Source of the DNA: an uncultured Clostridia bacterium
GTDB lineage: Bacteria > Bacillota > Clostridia > Christensenellales > Borkfalkiaceae
Direction of reading: 5' to 3'
DNA: 64,000 bases
Assembly (NCBI GenBank): GCA_964550125.1
Contig: CAZJWC010000006.1
Coordinates: 6,450-70,449 of the forward strand
Every line of letters starts with the position of its first letter. Within the stretch, counting starts at the first letter, position 1. Below, in pieces: positions 25,591 through 35,868 of the stretch. The notes beneath the pieces are model-generated. The model saw only the letters and a list, made by a program, of their open reading frames with translations. It had not been told where the DNA came from and ran no database searches. The translations under genes were made by a program, and so were the position numbers.

Positions 25591-28500
25591 TAAAAATTTC
25601 TTCTTGTTTTTTTATATTGATAAGACTCACCTTAATCTTTTTATCAGGATATGATTTTTTTACAACCTCACTATACAGTCTTAACTGTGGTAGATAAATG
25701 GTTTTTAAACTTTCTTTATCTTTTGAGGTAAACTTATAATCATATATATAACACTCGTTATCACCTACTGCCAAAAGGTCGATTGAACCTGTAACAAAAA
25801 CTTTGTCATAATCAAGTAAAAGGGCTTTTCCGTCAAGGGTAGTTGCAAAGTCGCACTCCTGCATAATTTTTAAACCTTTAATTCTTGTAAAGCAGTCCAT
25901 TGACAAAATCTTTTGCAGTTTATCAGTTGACAACAAATCTTTATAACTTTCTAAACTGCTTGAATTTTTATCAAGTTCATCTTCGATAGAATTTATATTG
26001 TTAAAATCAATAAGTTCCAAAAACTTATGGTAAGCAGTTCCCCTTTCATTTGCTTTAAACTTTTTATCTGTATCAATTACGTCTTCATCGCTTAACTGGA
26101 TAACGTTCTTTTCGGTCATATCTTCCTTTACAAATTCGCTATATTCAAGGGCGACAAGTTTTGACGCAGTAGTGTCTAACGAACTCTCTTTAAATCGTTC
26201 GTCTGTATATTCAAAGGCTAGTTTTTTTGCAATCTCCTCTATTTTTTCTTTCTCTCTATAACTAGCTAAAAACTGCCTTTTTTCTTTTTCAAGTTCCTCT
26301 CTTACACAGGGCACATCGTCAAGCTCCTCGTCATTTATATTGACGAAGTTTGCATAACTTTTTGCATAAGGCACATTTGCTAGTAAAAAGTTTTCCCTCT
26401 TTGTAAAAATCAAATGTAAGTCGTTTTGAGCCCTTGTCATAGCAACATAAAACAAAAACATCTCATTTTTAGAAGTTTCTAGTTTTCTCTTTTCGTTCAT
26501 CAAAAGACGAAGCAAAGTGTTTCCTCTAACTAAACTTTGGGTGTTATAACTATGGGTAACAATGCCATACTCGTCTTCAAAAAATATAAGACTTTTTGAA
26601 TCCTGAGTATTGATTGAGTTGTTCATACCGGCACAGATAACCATAGGAAATTCCAATCCCTTTGAAGCGTGAATTGACAAAACCCTCACAGCACCTAATC
26701 CACCAGCCTCAACCAAGCCTATATCGTAGTCAAGATTTTTAAGTCGTAAAAGGAAGCCTTTTATGTTCAAATCAACTCCGTTTGGACGCATTTCATCCAA
26801 AAACCTTTTTACTCTGCGTAAACGCAATTCGCCACAAGGCAAGGTCAAGTAATAAAATTCAAAGTTTTTTTGAGAGATTATCATTTCAAAAACTTCTTTA
26901 ACTGATGAAGTTGTACTCATAACCTTAACACCATGCATAAACCTGACAAACTGATTTAATTTTTTGCTAATTTCATCATTTTGATTTTGTCTATAAAATT
27001 CAACGCACTCATAAAAGGTAGGTTGTGTGTCTGTAAAGGGGTAATTTTCCCTTGCGTAAAGTCTTATTTGTGCAAGCATCTCGTTTGAGAAATTTGCAAT
27101 AGGACTTTTTAGTGTGGTAGCAAGTGGTATGTCTTGATTAGGGCAGTCGATATATTTTAAAATTTCAATTAACTGCTTAATCTCACTATACTGACAAATA
27201 TTCACCTCTGCCCTTGAAGAAACAGGAATACCTCTATTTGTCAATTCAGTTATAATACTTTTAGTTTTTGCAGTAGTATTTCTAACTAAAATTACTATAT
27301 CACCAAAGGTATATTTCCTATCCTTATAATCTTTTTTGCCTACCGTATTTAAAATGAGATTTGTAATAAGTTTTCCCTCGCTTGAACTTTTGTCCTTGCC
27401 TGCGTTGACATTATCTCGAACGGAATACACCTCGTCTACCTCTTTTTTTTCGTTCTCCAATGTTGAAGTGCAATGGATATGATATGAACCGTTTGTATTT
27501 TTTGAGCCAAATACCATAAGGGAAGAATTTGCATAATCTAGTCCAGCCGTTTGTGTTGTCATAATCTCGCAAAACACTTTATTAACAGCATCAACTACCT
27601 GTTTTGAACTTCTAAAATTTGCATTTAATGTTAGGGCATTTTTATCTATTGAATTAAGGTAAGAAAATTTATTTGAAAAGAAATCACTCTTACAACCTCT
27701 AAACGCATAAATAGACTGTTTTATATCTCCAACCATAAACTCATTATCAGTTGAAAGTTTTGACAATATAGCCTCTTGTACGGGGTTTACATCCTGATAC
27801 TCGTCAATAAAGATATATTTGTACGAACCTGCAATTTGTTTGCGATAGTTTTCATTTGAAAGCAGTTTTAAAGTGTAATGTTCCAAATCGTTGAAGTCAA
27901 GTTTAAAACTTTCCCTTTTTAACTTTTGATAAAGACTTGCAAACTCTAAAAGCAAGTTAGTCATTGCTTTTGCAGTTTCCTTTGAGTTTAAAAATTTAGC
28001 AAGTTCTTCCTCTTTTGAGTATTCCTTTTTTATATATCCGTCAATAAATAATTTAAAAGTTTTTCCTATCTCTTTTAATTTTAAATCAAACGCAACTAAT
28101 TTTGCGTCATCTTTTAACTTTTCAGCAACTTTCGGTTTCATTGAAAATTTAGGAGGAATTGTGTTTGCAAAGGAGAAAAAATCATCCTTCGATTTAAGTT
28201 CCTTGATAAAATCTAGCCTTTCCTCAAAGTATCTTATATATTTTTCAAAAACCTTCTTTTCAAAATTTTTACACTCGCAAAAGGCTTCTTCATAGAGTGA
28301 TAAAATTAAGCCAAGCCTTTTTTTATACAACAAAAGTAGTTCACTACAAATTTCTTCAAAATACTTTTCATCATACCTTTCAAGAGTTTTCCGTAAAGTA
28401 TTTTCATAGTCAGCAATGCTAACCACCTTATAGTAAAGTTTTAAAATTTCATTTTTGAGTTTATAATTTTTTGACGCTTGTGCAAAGATTTTTAAAAGGA

Positions 28501-28972
28501 AGACGAAGTCAGCATCTCCATTTTTGTACTTTTCTTCAAAAAGCATTTCTATGGCACGGTTACGCAAAGCGTTGGCTTCCTCGTCATCAATAATTGTAGA
28601 GTTAACATTGATATCAACAGCAAAAAAGTACCTTTTTAAAAGTTTTGCACAAAGGGAGTGAATAGTGCTTATGTCAGCAGAATTAACTAAAAAAAGCTCG
28701 TTTGAAAGCCTTGCTCTTTCCCCTTCGTCAACCTCGTTTATCTTTTTTATCAAAGACTCTTTGAGTTTATCTTTCATTTGATTAGCAGCCATTTTTGTAA
28801 AAGTTACTGCCAAAATATCATTAACCCCACAACTGCCTGACAAAATTAAATCAGTTATTTTTTTAATCATAACAAAAGTCTTTCCACTACCTGCAGAAGC
28901 TGAAACAATCGCTTCACCTTTGCACTCAAGGGCAGTTTGCTGTTCTTTTGTAAGTTGTAGTTTTTCACTCAT
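25580..28972 (-). CDS. addA: helicase-exonuclease AddAB, subunit A
   Basis: UvrD-type Walker A SASAGSGKTFVM, DEYQD motif FIDEYQDVN, and C-terminal PD-(D/E)xK motif GSIDLL...YIYDYKF. Confidence 0.93.
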   Translation of the reverse strand: MSEKLQLTKEQQTALECKGEAIVSASAGSGKTFVMIKKITDLILSGSCGVNDILAVTFTKMAANQMKDKLKESLIKKINEVDEGERARLSNELFLVNSADISTIHSLCAKLLKRYFFAVDINVNSTIIDDEEANALRNRAIEMLFEEKYKNGDADFVFLLKIFAQASKNYKLKNEILKLYYKVVSIADYENTLRKTLERYDEKYFEEICSELLLLYKKRLGLILSLYEEAFCECKNFEKKVFEKYIRYFEERLDFIKELKSKDDFFSFANTIPPKFSMKPKVAEKLKDDAKLVAFDLKLKEIGKTFKLFIDGYIKKEYSKEEELAKFLNSKETAKAMTNLLLEFASLYQKLKRESFKLDFNDLEHYTLKLLSNENYRKQIAGSYKYIFIDEYQDVNPVQEAILSKLSTDNEFMVGDIKQSIYAFRGCKSDFFSNKFSYLNSIDKNALTLNANFRSSKQVVDAVNKVFCEIMTTQTAGLDYANSSLMVFGSKNTNGSYHIHCTSTLENEKKEVDEVYSVRDNVNAGKDKSSSEGKLITNLILNTVGKKDYKDRKYTFGDIVILVRNTTAKTKSIITELTNRGIPVSSRAEVNICQYSEIKQLIEILKYIDCPNQDIPLATTLKSPIANFSNEMLAQIRLYARENYPFTDTQPTFYECVEFYRQNQNDEISKKLNQFVRFMHGVKVMSTTSSVKEVFEMIISQKNFEFYYLTLPCGELRLRRVKRFLDEMRPNGVDLNIKGFLLRLKNLDYDIGLVEAGGLGAVRVLSIHASKGLEFPMVICAGMNNSINTQDSKSLIFFEDEYGIVTHSYNTQSLVRGNTLLRLLMNEKRKLETSKNEMFLFYVAMTRAQNDLHLIFTKRENFLLANVPYAKSYANFVNINDEELDDVPCVREELEKEKRQFLASYREKEKIEEIAKKLAFEYTDERFKESSLDTTASKLVALEYSEFVKEDMTEKNVIQLSDEDVIDTDKKFKANERGTAYHKFLELIDFNNINSIEDELDKNSSSLESYKDLLSTDKLQKILSMDCFTRIKGLKIMQECDFATTLDGKALLLDYDKVFVTGSIDLLAVGDNECYIYDYKFTSKDKESLKTIYLPQLRLYSEVVKKSYPDKKIKVSLINIKKQEEIFIEI

Positions 28973-31900
28973 CTCTTTTACCTCTCGTTAGGGCGATAAT
29001 GTTCTCTTTTTTAACCTCGCCAACACTTCTTTCATTGCCTGAAATTCCGTCATCAAACATACACATACCCTGCAGACTACAAAACATACAGGCATCTTTA
29101 TAAGGAGATGGTTTAATAAACCCCTCTCGTATTTCACGAACGGCTTGTTTAGTAACCAACAACGAATAGTCGATAAAGTCGTTAAACTCCTCATCAGTCA
29201 TACCCTTTGACGACCTGTCTCCAATTTTTCCGTCAAAAATTTTACTCTTTTCACCTTCAATAATATTATTATCAAGTGCTTTAATAATCCCTTCATCTTT
29301 ATTATAAAAACCAGTCATTGTAAAGCCAACTTCTTCTTGGTCTTTATACTGCACGCTAGCAGGAAAATAAAAAGTTCCTGCAGGTTTTTTACCTAAAGAG
29401 GTAAGTGCCTTTAAATAAAGTTGCAGTTGCAGTTTTTTGCCAACATAGTAGGAAGTTATAGAGGTATCTTTTGAAAAGCCCGTTTTATAGTCAATCACTC
29501 TCACATAATCTTGCCACTCGTCAACTCTATCAATTTTTCCAAAAACATAGGTGTCTTTATCTATTTCAATTTTAGAAATCTCATTTTCCTTTATGCTATT
29601 AAACTCAACTTCTGCACCCAAAATTGAAAATGAGGACTGTTTTATTTGACTTATCATTGCTTTTGCAATAACAACATTTTCCTCAATCAATGCCTTTGCT
29701 GTCCACTCTCCACTAGGTAAATCAAAAATACTTGAATAAGGCTGAACGGAAAGAAGTTTCATCGCTTTTTCCTTGGCAAATTCCCCACACTCCTCCACGC
29801 TTATTTGAGAATTTGATTTATAATACTCGGCAAGGTCTTGTAAAATCTCATGGGTGAAATTTCCATAATCATACTCCATAAGATTTTTTTCCTCTCTTGT
29901 AGAAAGTTTTAAACCTTTATCGCAAAAAGTTTTATAAGGACAGCCAAAATACCCTTCTAACGTTGTAGGAGCAATATTACTTGATTTTAAAAGCAATTCT
30001 TTTAAAAGAGGTAAAGTAGATTCATCTTCTAATCCGTTATTTTTTTTGTATAAAAACTCGTCTATCTTCTCTTGGGCGTTTTCATTTTTTTCTAAATTAT
30101 ATTTTTGCATTGCAAAATACAAAGTATCGCACTCTTGTTTATCACTCTCATTTCCATTTAGGTAACTTGTTACCTTTGAAGCAAATTTATTGGGGAGAAT
30201 TTTTGAAGAAGGGAACAAGTCCTTTTTCTCAAACCCTTTTTCAAAAAGATTTAACAGGTAAGTTACAACCTCGCTTTCCACTTGTTCTTCGCCTGAACTA
30301 AATTTTGGCATTGAAAGATAAAGTCTCTCACTAAAAGGCAGTATTGATAAGCAGGTTCTTTCTAGGTTAATCGTACTGTTTAAAGTTGCTCTTTCAAAAA
30401 TGTTTATACCTTTAGTGGAAAGTTCTTCTCTTTCTAAATCACATAAAAATGAGGTATCTGTATCGTATACGGGGTAACCCAATGTAAAGCCAAGTGCAAG
30501 CAGATATTTTTTTCTTTCAACAATAGGCTCGTCAATAGACTTAACGGTTACTGCATATCTAGTTTTTTCGTTAAGTTTGATGTTTGTTTTTGAAAGTCTA
30601 TCCTTTATTAAGTTTGTAAACTCTAAAAGGGTGATTTTTCTGTCCCCTGACAAGATAGCAAGTGAATTTAAAATTTTTATTATCTTATCAAACCCTTCAA
30701 AAATGAACTTACTTCTACTCTCAAAAAACAGTTGTGCATTAGCATCAACCATCTCGTACTTTGTAGTCAATGTGAGAATTTTATCTACATAATTTTTTAG
30801 GGTGTCCTCACTATTGAATTGACTGACAATCTCTAAAAACTTTTCACGCAATTCTTCAAACAGAGAGGCTGACTCTACCTCCTTTTTAATTTGATTTTTA
30901 ATGCCACCCATAAAGTTAGCATATTTTAAAAGATAGTTTTCGTATAGGCTACTATCTTCGCTTGTAGCAAAAAAAGGATTTGACAACACGGAATAAACAC
31001 AGTTTGATGAAAGCAAACTATTTATAGAATCAAAAACTGAAATCCAAAATTCAGCAAAGGGGTGGGAAATTACAGCCTTGCTATACTCATAAGACAGGGG
31101 TATATTATATAGTTGAAAGTACTTTTTTATATACCCTTCATACAAAGGTAAAGAGGTAACCGTTAAGCAAATATCGTCTGCTTTTTCCCCCTCATACAAC
31201 AACTCTTTAATTTTAGCACAAGCATATTCAACTTCCTCGTCCTCATCTGCAAACTTATTTACTACCACCCTATCCGTAACCTTCTTTTCGCAAGTTAATG
31301 TAGGGTAAAAGAGATTTTCTTCAAGAATTTTCACCTCATCAATCTTTTCCCCTTCAAAGTAGGTTTTTTCAAAATCAAGTTTTGCAAGTTGATTTAAAAT
31401 TATATTTGAATAAAAGGACTTGCCACCATTACAAAGTAAGGTTAAACTTTTTGAATTTAAAAATAGGCAATCAATTATTTTTAATTCAACCTTACTAAAA
31501 GAGGAATAACCAAAAACGTAAAAATTTGTCCTTTGGGTTGTTCTATCGTTTTTTAAGATTTTTAAAGTTGAATTAAGGCAATCAACCTCATCACAATATC
31601 CACTTTGAAGAAACTCCTGGTATTTTTCGTATAAAAAAGAGAGGTCTTTAATCTTCTTATTTAAAACCTCATTTTCGCTTTCAAATTGTTTTAAATGTTT
31701 AAAATCAATGGCATTACTTTTTAAAAGTTTAATAGTATCTACAATTATTTCACCACAGTTTTTAGAAAGTTTGCCACCTGAAATTAAAGATAACCTTGAT
31801 AAATTTTCATCTATTATTTGTTGCATTTTGCAATTTGCGTTTTCACTAGACAATCTATTTTTTAAAAGTTCGTTTGAACCAAAACACACAAAATCCTCAA

Positions 31901-32063
31901 TGCTTGTATTTAATAGGATACCCATTTTAGTTGAAAGATAAGTCTTTAACTCATCTCTATATTCTTTAGGACAAAAAATCACATTTTTCTCATCACTTAA
32001 ATTTTGACTAACATACTCAATTTGCTCTAAATTAGATTTGCATATCACCAGTTTATTTTTCAT
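28965..32063 (-). CDS. addB: helicase-exonuclease AddAB, subunit B
   Basis: Overlaps addA by 8 nt. C-terminal nuclease GKIDRVD...VIDYKTG. Four-Cys iron staple (CPYKTFC ... CMFCSLQGMC). No N-terminal GxxxxGK[ST]. Confidence 0.88.
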   Translation of the reverse strand: MKNKLVICKSNLEQIEYVSQNLSDEKNVIFCPKEYRDELKTYLSTKMGILLNTSIEDFVCFGSNELLKNRLSSENANCKMQQIIDENLSRLSLISGGKLSKNCGEIIVDTIKLLKSNAIDFKHLKQFESENEVLNKKIKDLSFLYEKYQEFLQSGYCDEVDCLNSTLKILKNDRTTQRTNFYVFGYSSFSKVELKIIDCLFLNSKSLTLLCNGGKSFYSNIILNQLAKLDFEKTYFEGEKIDEVKILEENLFYPTLTCEKKVTDRVVVNKFADEDEEVEYACAKIKELLYEGEKADDICLTVTSLPLYEGYIKKYFQLYNIPLSYEYSKAVISHPFAEFWISVFDSINSLLSSNCVYSVLSNPFFATSEDSSLYENYLLKYANFMGGIKNQIKKEVESASLFEELREKFLEIVSQFNSEDTLKNYVDKILTLTTKYEMVDANAQLFFESRSKFIFEGFDKIIKILNSLAILSGDRKITLLEFTNLIKDRLSKTNIKLNEKTRYAVTVKSIDEPIVERKKYLLALGFTLGYPVYDTDTSFLCDLEREELSTKGINIFERATLNSTINLERTCLSILPFSERLYLSMPKFSSGEEQVESEVVTYLLNLFEKGFEKKDLFPSSKILPNKFASKVTSYLNGNESDKQECDTLYFAMQKYNLEKNENAQEKIDEFLYKKNNGLEDESTLPLLKELLLKSSNIAPTTLEGYFGCPYKTFCDKGLKLSTREEKNLMEYDYGNFTHEILQDLAEYYKSNSQISVEECGEFAKEKAMKLLSVQPYSSIFDLPSGEWTAKALIEENVVIAKAMISQIKQSSFSILGAEVEFNSIKENEISKIEIDKDTYVFGKIDRVDEWQDYVRVIDYKTGFSKDTSITSYYVGKKLQLQLYLKALTSLGKKPAGTFYFPASVQYKDQEEVGFTMTGFYNKDEGIIKALDNNIIEGEKSKIFDGKIGDRSSKGMTDEEFNDFIDYSLLVTKQAVREIREGFIKPSPYKDACMFCSLQGMCMFDDGISGNERSVGEVKKENIIALTRGKRDE

Positions 32064-32137
32064 TTTTCCTAATCCTTTCTATTTGTTACATTATTATAGC
32101 ATACTTTAAGTAATTTTACATTTGTATACCTTTTGTT

Positions 32138-32166
32138 TTTACAAAAAAAATTTTTTATGCTATAAT
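32138..32166 (+). promoter_or_regulatory. sigma-A type promoter for lipoprotein gene
   Basis: TTTACA (32138-32143), 17 nt, TATAAT (32161-32166). Confidence 0.6.
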
Positions 32167-32208
32167 CTTGTACAAATAATAAAAAGGCATTTGCCATTAT
32201 GGAGTATT

Positions 32209-33171
32209 ATGAAGAAAAAACTTTCTTTTTTAGTAATTATATGCAGTGTAATTTTTGTCTTGTCTGCTTGTTCAAGCAGTGCGACTGTATCTTTTGACTC
32301 AAACTGGAACAAGGATACATCAATTAGAAAAATCAGTTCATCAATAAATGAAAAGATGACTTATACAGTATCTTATACAGAACCTGAAAACCCTAGCAGT
32401 GATTTAAAAATAGAATCAATGACAGGCACTTACACTACACAACTTACTTCAGTTATTCCTGAAGGAAAAGAAGAATACTACTACAAACTTGATACCCGTT
32501 TAGATGTAGCCGTTAAATATAACGACAGTGATGAGGTTTACAACGACTGGACGGAAACCTCTTGCATTTTTTCAAATATTGATAGAGCATTATATCCGTT
32601 ACAAAGTGAAAGAAAGGTATATAGCCATACTCCCACAACAAAAAGTTCAAAAACGGTGATGAATTATTCCGTTAAAACAACCTATGAAGATGGCAATGCA
32701 AATGTAATTTCAGTTGATAACGGAGTTGACCACCCCACTGAAGAATACGCCACGATAAAAGATATAACCAAACTTGGCTACTATACTTTTGACAATGAAC
32801 AACTAATCTTTGCTTTGAGAGGATTTAACCTTGAGGAACAAAACTTTCAACTTAATTTAAGTATAGTTGACAGTTTGGGTGGAGACAGAAAGACAATGTA
32901 TCTTTCAACAAAGGAATCGGTTGAAAAGGAATATTCAAACATAAACTGGAATAATGAAAGGACTTTTGATAATGAAAAAATAACAACAAATGTTGCTCAA
33001 CTTTCATACAGTTCAACAATGAAAGGAACTACTAAAGAGTATCACATTGCTAAAAAAATTTCTAACGAGTTTAACACTTACAGAAATGTACTATTAAAGA
33101 TTGTTAGTCCCATGGCTTATAATTTAGGCACAATCAATTACGATTTAACTGAATATATTTTTTCAGTATAA
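32209..33171 (+). CDS. lipoprotein, unknown function
   Basis: MKKKLSFLVIICSVIFVLSACSS signal with lipobox LSAC. ATG at 32209 follows GGAG. The upstream part of the ORF-track model overlaps the promoter. Confidence 0.7.
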   Translation: MKKKLSFLVIICSVIFVLSACSSSATVSFDSNWNKDTSIRKISSSINEKMTYTVSYTEPENPSSDLKIESMTGTYTTQLTSVIPEGKEEYYYKLDTRLDVAVKYNDSDEVYNDWTETSCIFSNIDRALYPLQSERKVYSHTPTTKSSKTVMNYSVKTTYEDGNANVISVDNGVDHPTEEYATIKDITKLGYYTFDNEQLIFALRGFNLEEQNFQLNLSIVDSLGGDRKTMYLSTKESVEKEYSNINWNNERTFDNEKITTNVAQLSYSSTMKGTTKEYHIAKKISNEFNTYRNVLLKIVSPMAYNLGTINYDLTEYIFSV

Positions 33172-33174
33172 ATT

Positions 33175-33206
33175 AAAACGCATCACTTTAAAGTGATGCG
33201 TTTTTT
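33175..33206. terminator. bidirectional intrinsic terminator
   Basis: CGCATCAC / GTGATGCG stem, with AAAA upstream and TTTTTT downstream, between convergent genes. Confidence 0.85.
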
Positions 33207-33207
33207 G

Positions 33208-33747
33208 TTATTTTTCATATATACTTCTTTTTAATACACCTATGTATGAAAGATTTCTATACTTTTCTGCATAATCTAATCCATAACCAATAATAAACTC
33301 ATCAGGAATATCAAAACCAACATAGTCAGGTTCGATATCACACACTCTGCGTTCCTTCTTATCAAGCAATGTGCAAATTTTAATTGACTTAGGATTTCTT
33401 GAAAACAACAATCTCTTTAGGTAGGACAAAGTATAACCAGAGTCAACTATATCTTCTACAATGATAATATGTTTATTTTCAATGCTTGTATCAAGGTCTT
33501 TAATAATCTTAACTTCGCCCGATGATTTTGTACTCAATCCATAAGAGGAGATTGACATAAAATCAATTTCAATAGGAATAGAAATTGCTCTAATTAAATC
33601 GGCAAAGAAAACCACACTACCCTTTAAAATACATACAAGCAATGGTTTTTCATCTTTAAAATCATTAGACAATTCTTTTCCTAAACTTTCAACCTTTTCA
33701 GCAATTTGCTCCTTTGTAAGCAAAATTTTTTCAACGTCATTTTGCAT
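33208..33747 (-). CDS. hpt: hypoxanthine phosphoribosyltransferase
   Basis: PRPP motif IIIVEDIVDSGYTLSYL, and GYGLDY near the C-terminus. Confidence 0.95.
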   Translation of the reverse strand: MQNDVEKILLTKEQIAEKVESLGKELSNDFKDEKPLLVCILKGSVVFFADLIRAISIPIEIDFMSISSYGLSTKSSGEVKIIKDLDTSIENKHIIIVEDIVDSGYTLSYLKRLLFSRNPKSIKICTLLDKKERRVCDIEPDYVGFDIPDEFIIGYGLDYAEKYRNLSYIGVLKRSIYEK

Positions 33748-33748
33748 T

Positions 33749-35035
33749 TTATTCTCCTTTCATTTGTATTTTATAAATTTTTTTTGTCTGTTCGGTTACT
33801 TTTACGCTTTCGCTAATTTCAATACCACAAACGACCAATACCTCACTTCCTTTACAAATAAGAGGAAGTTGATTTCTTTCTCTAATCGGGATTTTTTTAT
33901 CAGTGAGATAATCACACAGTTTTTTACTATTACCACCAAATTTATTAAAAGTATCTCCAAACCGTTTATTTCTAATCTTTGCTCCCAATAAAAGACTGCC
34001 ATCTACAAACAGCACACCCTTTTCGTCCGTTCGTTTTTCTACACTTTCAATAATAAGGATTTTATCATTTAGTTTAATTTCACCAACATAAAAATCAAAC
34101 TCATAGTCCTTCGTTGTTTCCTTTTTGTACAAACAAATTTTATCATACTCTCTTACTGCCACAATTCCTTGAGGTAAATTGATTGAACTTCCATTTTCTT
34201 TTAAAACAAGAGAACATACATCATCAATATGCGTTTTTGTATAGTCCTTTTTAATTCCTAAATCCCACATTGCTAAAATTATAGCACGAGATAATAAGGA
34301 TTTAGGGTTGTCAATACCAACCTTAATTACACTTGAACACTTTTCAATAAGTTTTTTTGACATATCAAAAAGGCAGTCGTTGTCCTCTTGAGCAATTTTT
34401 GAAAGTCTAAAAATAGACTCATCTACTTGAGGGAAATCTTCCTTTATTTGAGGAAAAATTACATTACGCAACCTATTGCGAGTATAATCGTTTGAAAAGT
34501 TAGTTTCATCAGTAACAAAATCAACACCATTTGATGCAAGATAGTTTAAAATTTGTTCTTTTGTAAAACTTATTAGAGGGCGTATAAATTTATCAGTATC
34601 CGTTATTCCTGTAAGTCCCGTAAGTCCCGTTCCTCTAAATAAATTAAACAATACGGTTTCAGCGTTGTCTTCTTTATGATGAGCCGTTGCAACAAAATGA
34701 GCATTACTCTCCTTTAACGCTCTTTCAAAGCATTGATAACGAAGTATTCTTGCCCCTTCCTCTAAACTTGTTTTGTTTTGGTTTGAAAAGGTTAAGGCAT
34801 CAACTTTATATCCTAAAAACTCAATTCCGTTTTTTTTGCAATATTCCTCAACAAAAAGAGAATCTTTAATTGAACTCTCCTCTCTAATTCCGTGCTCAAC
34901 ATTTACAACACAAAACTCCACCAAATGCTGTTTTGCATTGCTTAAAAACAAATGCAACAAACACATTGAATCAGCACCACCTGAACAGGCAATACAAACC
35001 TTTTTGTTTTTATATTTTGAAAAATCAATAGTCAT
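33749..35035 (-). CDS. tilS: tRNA(Ile)-lysidine synthase
   Basis: PP-loop ACSGGADSMCLL. Conserved tilS-hpt adjacency. Confidence 0.93.
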   Translation of the reverse strand: MTIDFSKYKNKKVCIACSGGADSMCLLHLFLSNAKQHLVEFCVVNVEHGIREESSIKDSLFVEEYCKKNGIEFLGYKVDALTFSNQNKTSLEEGARILRYQCFERALKESNAHFVATAHHKEDNAETVLFNLFRGTGLTGLTGITDTDKFIRPLISFTKEQILNYLASNGVDFVTDETNFSNDYTRNRLRNVIFPQIKEDFPQVDESIFRLSKIAQEDNDCLFDMSKKLIEKCSSVIKVGIDNPKSLLSRAIILAMWDLGIKKDYTKTHIDDVCSLVLKENGSSINLPQGIVAVREYDKICLYKKETTKDYEFDFYVGEIKLNDKILIIESVEKRTDEKGVLFVDGSLLLGAKIRNKRFGDTFNKFGGNSKKLCDYLTDKKIPIRERNQLPLICKGSEVLVVCGIEISESVKVTEQTKKIYKIQMKGE

Positions 35036-35141
35036 TTATCACCAAAATAATAGTTGTTTTTGACATTATACCACAAGTGGTAAATAATTGTTTTATTTTT
35101 CAAATAATTTTAAAAATTTTTTTAAAATTGTTAAAAAAAGG

Positions 35142-35169
35142 TTGACAAAGTGTTATCACTTATTATAAA
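35142..35169 (+). promoter_or_regulatory. sigma-A type promoter for tRNA cluster
   Basis: TTGACA (35142-35147), 16 nt, TATAAA (35164-35169), ~30 nt before the first tRNA. Confidence 0.6.
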
Positions 35170-35201
35170 ATTACATAGCGTCTTGAGAAAGACGGCTATA
35201 T

Positions 35202-35278
<77 letters not shown>

Positions 35279-35312
35279 GTTAGTTAACATGTACTAATGA
35301 TGAATAATAAAT

Positions 35313-35389
35313 GGCGGCGTAGCTTAGTTGGTTATAGCGGCCGGTTCATACCCGGCAGGTCGTTGGTTCGAATCCGACCGCCGCTACCA
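35313..35389 (+). tRNA. elongator tRNA-Met (CAU)
   Basis: GGCGGCGTAGCTTAGTTGG...GGTTCATACCC...CCGCCGCTACCA with a fully paired acceptor stem. Resembles Bacillus elongator Met rather than the lysidine-modified Ile2 tRNA. Confidence 0.85.
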
Positions 35390-35458
35390 ATAGTACATTA
35401 TCGATTATGTTATATGTTGACAATCAAAAAATAGATTGCCAACTAGGTAACATATTAT

Positions 35459-35533
35459 GGCCCCTTGGTCAAGCGGTCAAGACATCGCCCTTTCACGGCG
35501 GTAACGCGAGTTCGATTCTCGCAGGGGTCACCA
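35459..35533 (+). tRNA. tRNA-Glu (UUC)
   Basis: GGCCCCTTGGTCAAGCGG...CGCCCTTTCACGGCG...GGGGTCACCA. Anticodon loop CTTTCAC. Confidence 0.95.
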
Positions 35534-35540
35534 AAAAAAA

Positions 35541-35579
35541 GCATTTTTAAGCAAAAACAGGCTTAAAAGTGCTTTTTTT
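35541..35579 (+). terminator. intrinsic terminator of tRNA cluster
   Basis: GCATTTTTAAGC / GCTTAAAAGTGC 12-bp stem (one G-U) followed by TTTTTTT. Confidence 0.8.
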
Positions 35580-35597
35580 CTTGTCTTTTTGCCTTTA

Positions 35598-35646
35598 CGG
35601 TGTCGAAAATCGGCGTCAAAACTATTCTTTTTTCGGTGTCAAAAAC
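35598..35646 (+). repeat. three direct copies of CGG(T/C)GTC(G)AAAA
   Basis: CGGTGTCGAAAAT (35598-35610), CGGCGTCAAAAC (35611-22) and CGGTGTCAAAAAC (35634-46). These GC-rich words sit in an AT-rich spacer between the tRNA terminator and the methyltransferase promoter. Confidence 0.7.
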
Positions 35647-35798
35647 AAATGTTTCCTTACATTTCACAAAGCACCTCTTTTTTCTCACACTTTTGCTTTG
35701 CAAAAATATTTATGTTATAATTTTAATAAAGTGTGTGGCAATAGTTGCAATTTCGGGGAAAATTTGTTAAAATATTTTTGTAGATAATATCGCAAGGC

Positions 35799-35827
35799 TT
35801 GCAATTTAGGATTGATTTTGCTATAAT
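35799..35827 (+). promoter_or_regulatory. sigma-A type promoter for the methyltransferase gene
   Basis: TTGCAA (35799-35804), 17 nt, TATAAT (35822-35827). AAGGAG RBS before the ATG at 35869. Confidence 0.65.
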
Positions 35828-35868
35828 ATTTATGAAAGTGGCGATTTCAATTTGTAAGGAGAAAAATT

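Noticed and set aside
35569-35787. 72-aa + strand ORF between the tRNA cluster and the methyltransferase
   Set aside because: It starts inside the tRNA terminator, lacks an RBS, and is Cys/Phe-rich noise. It covers the direct repeats, which are more plausibly DNA sites.
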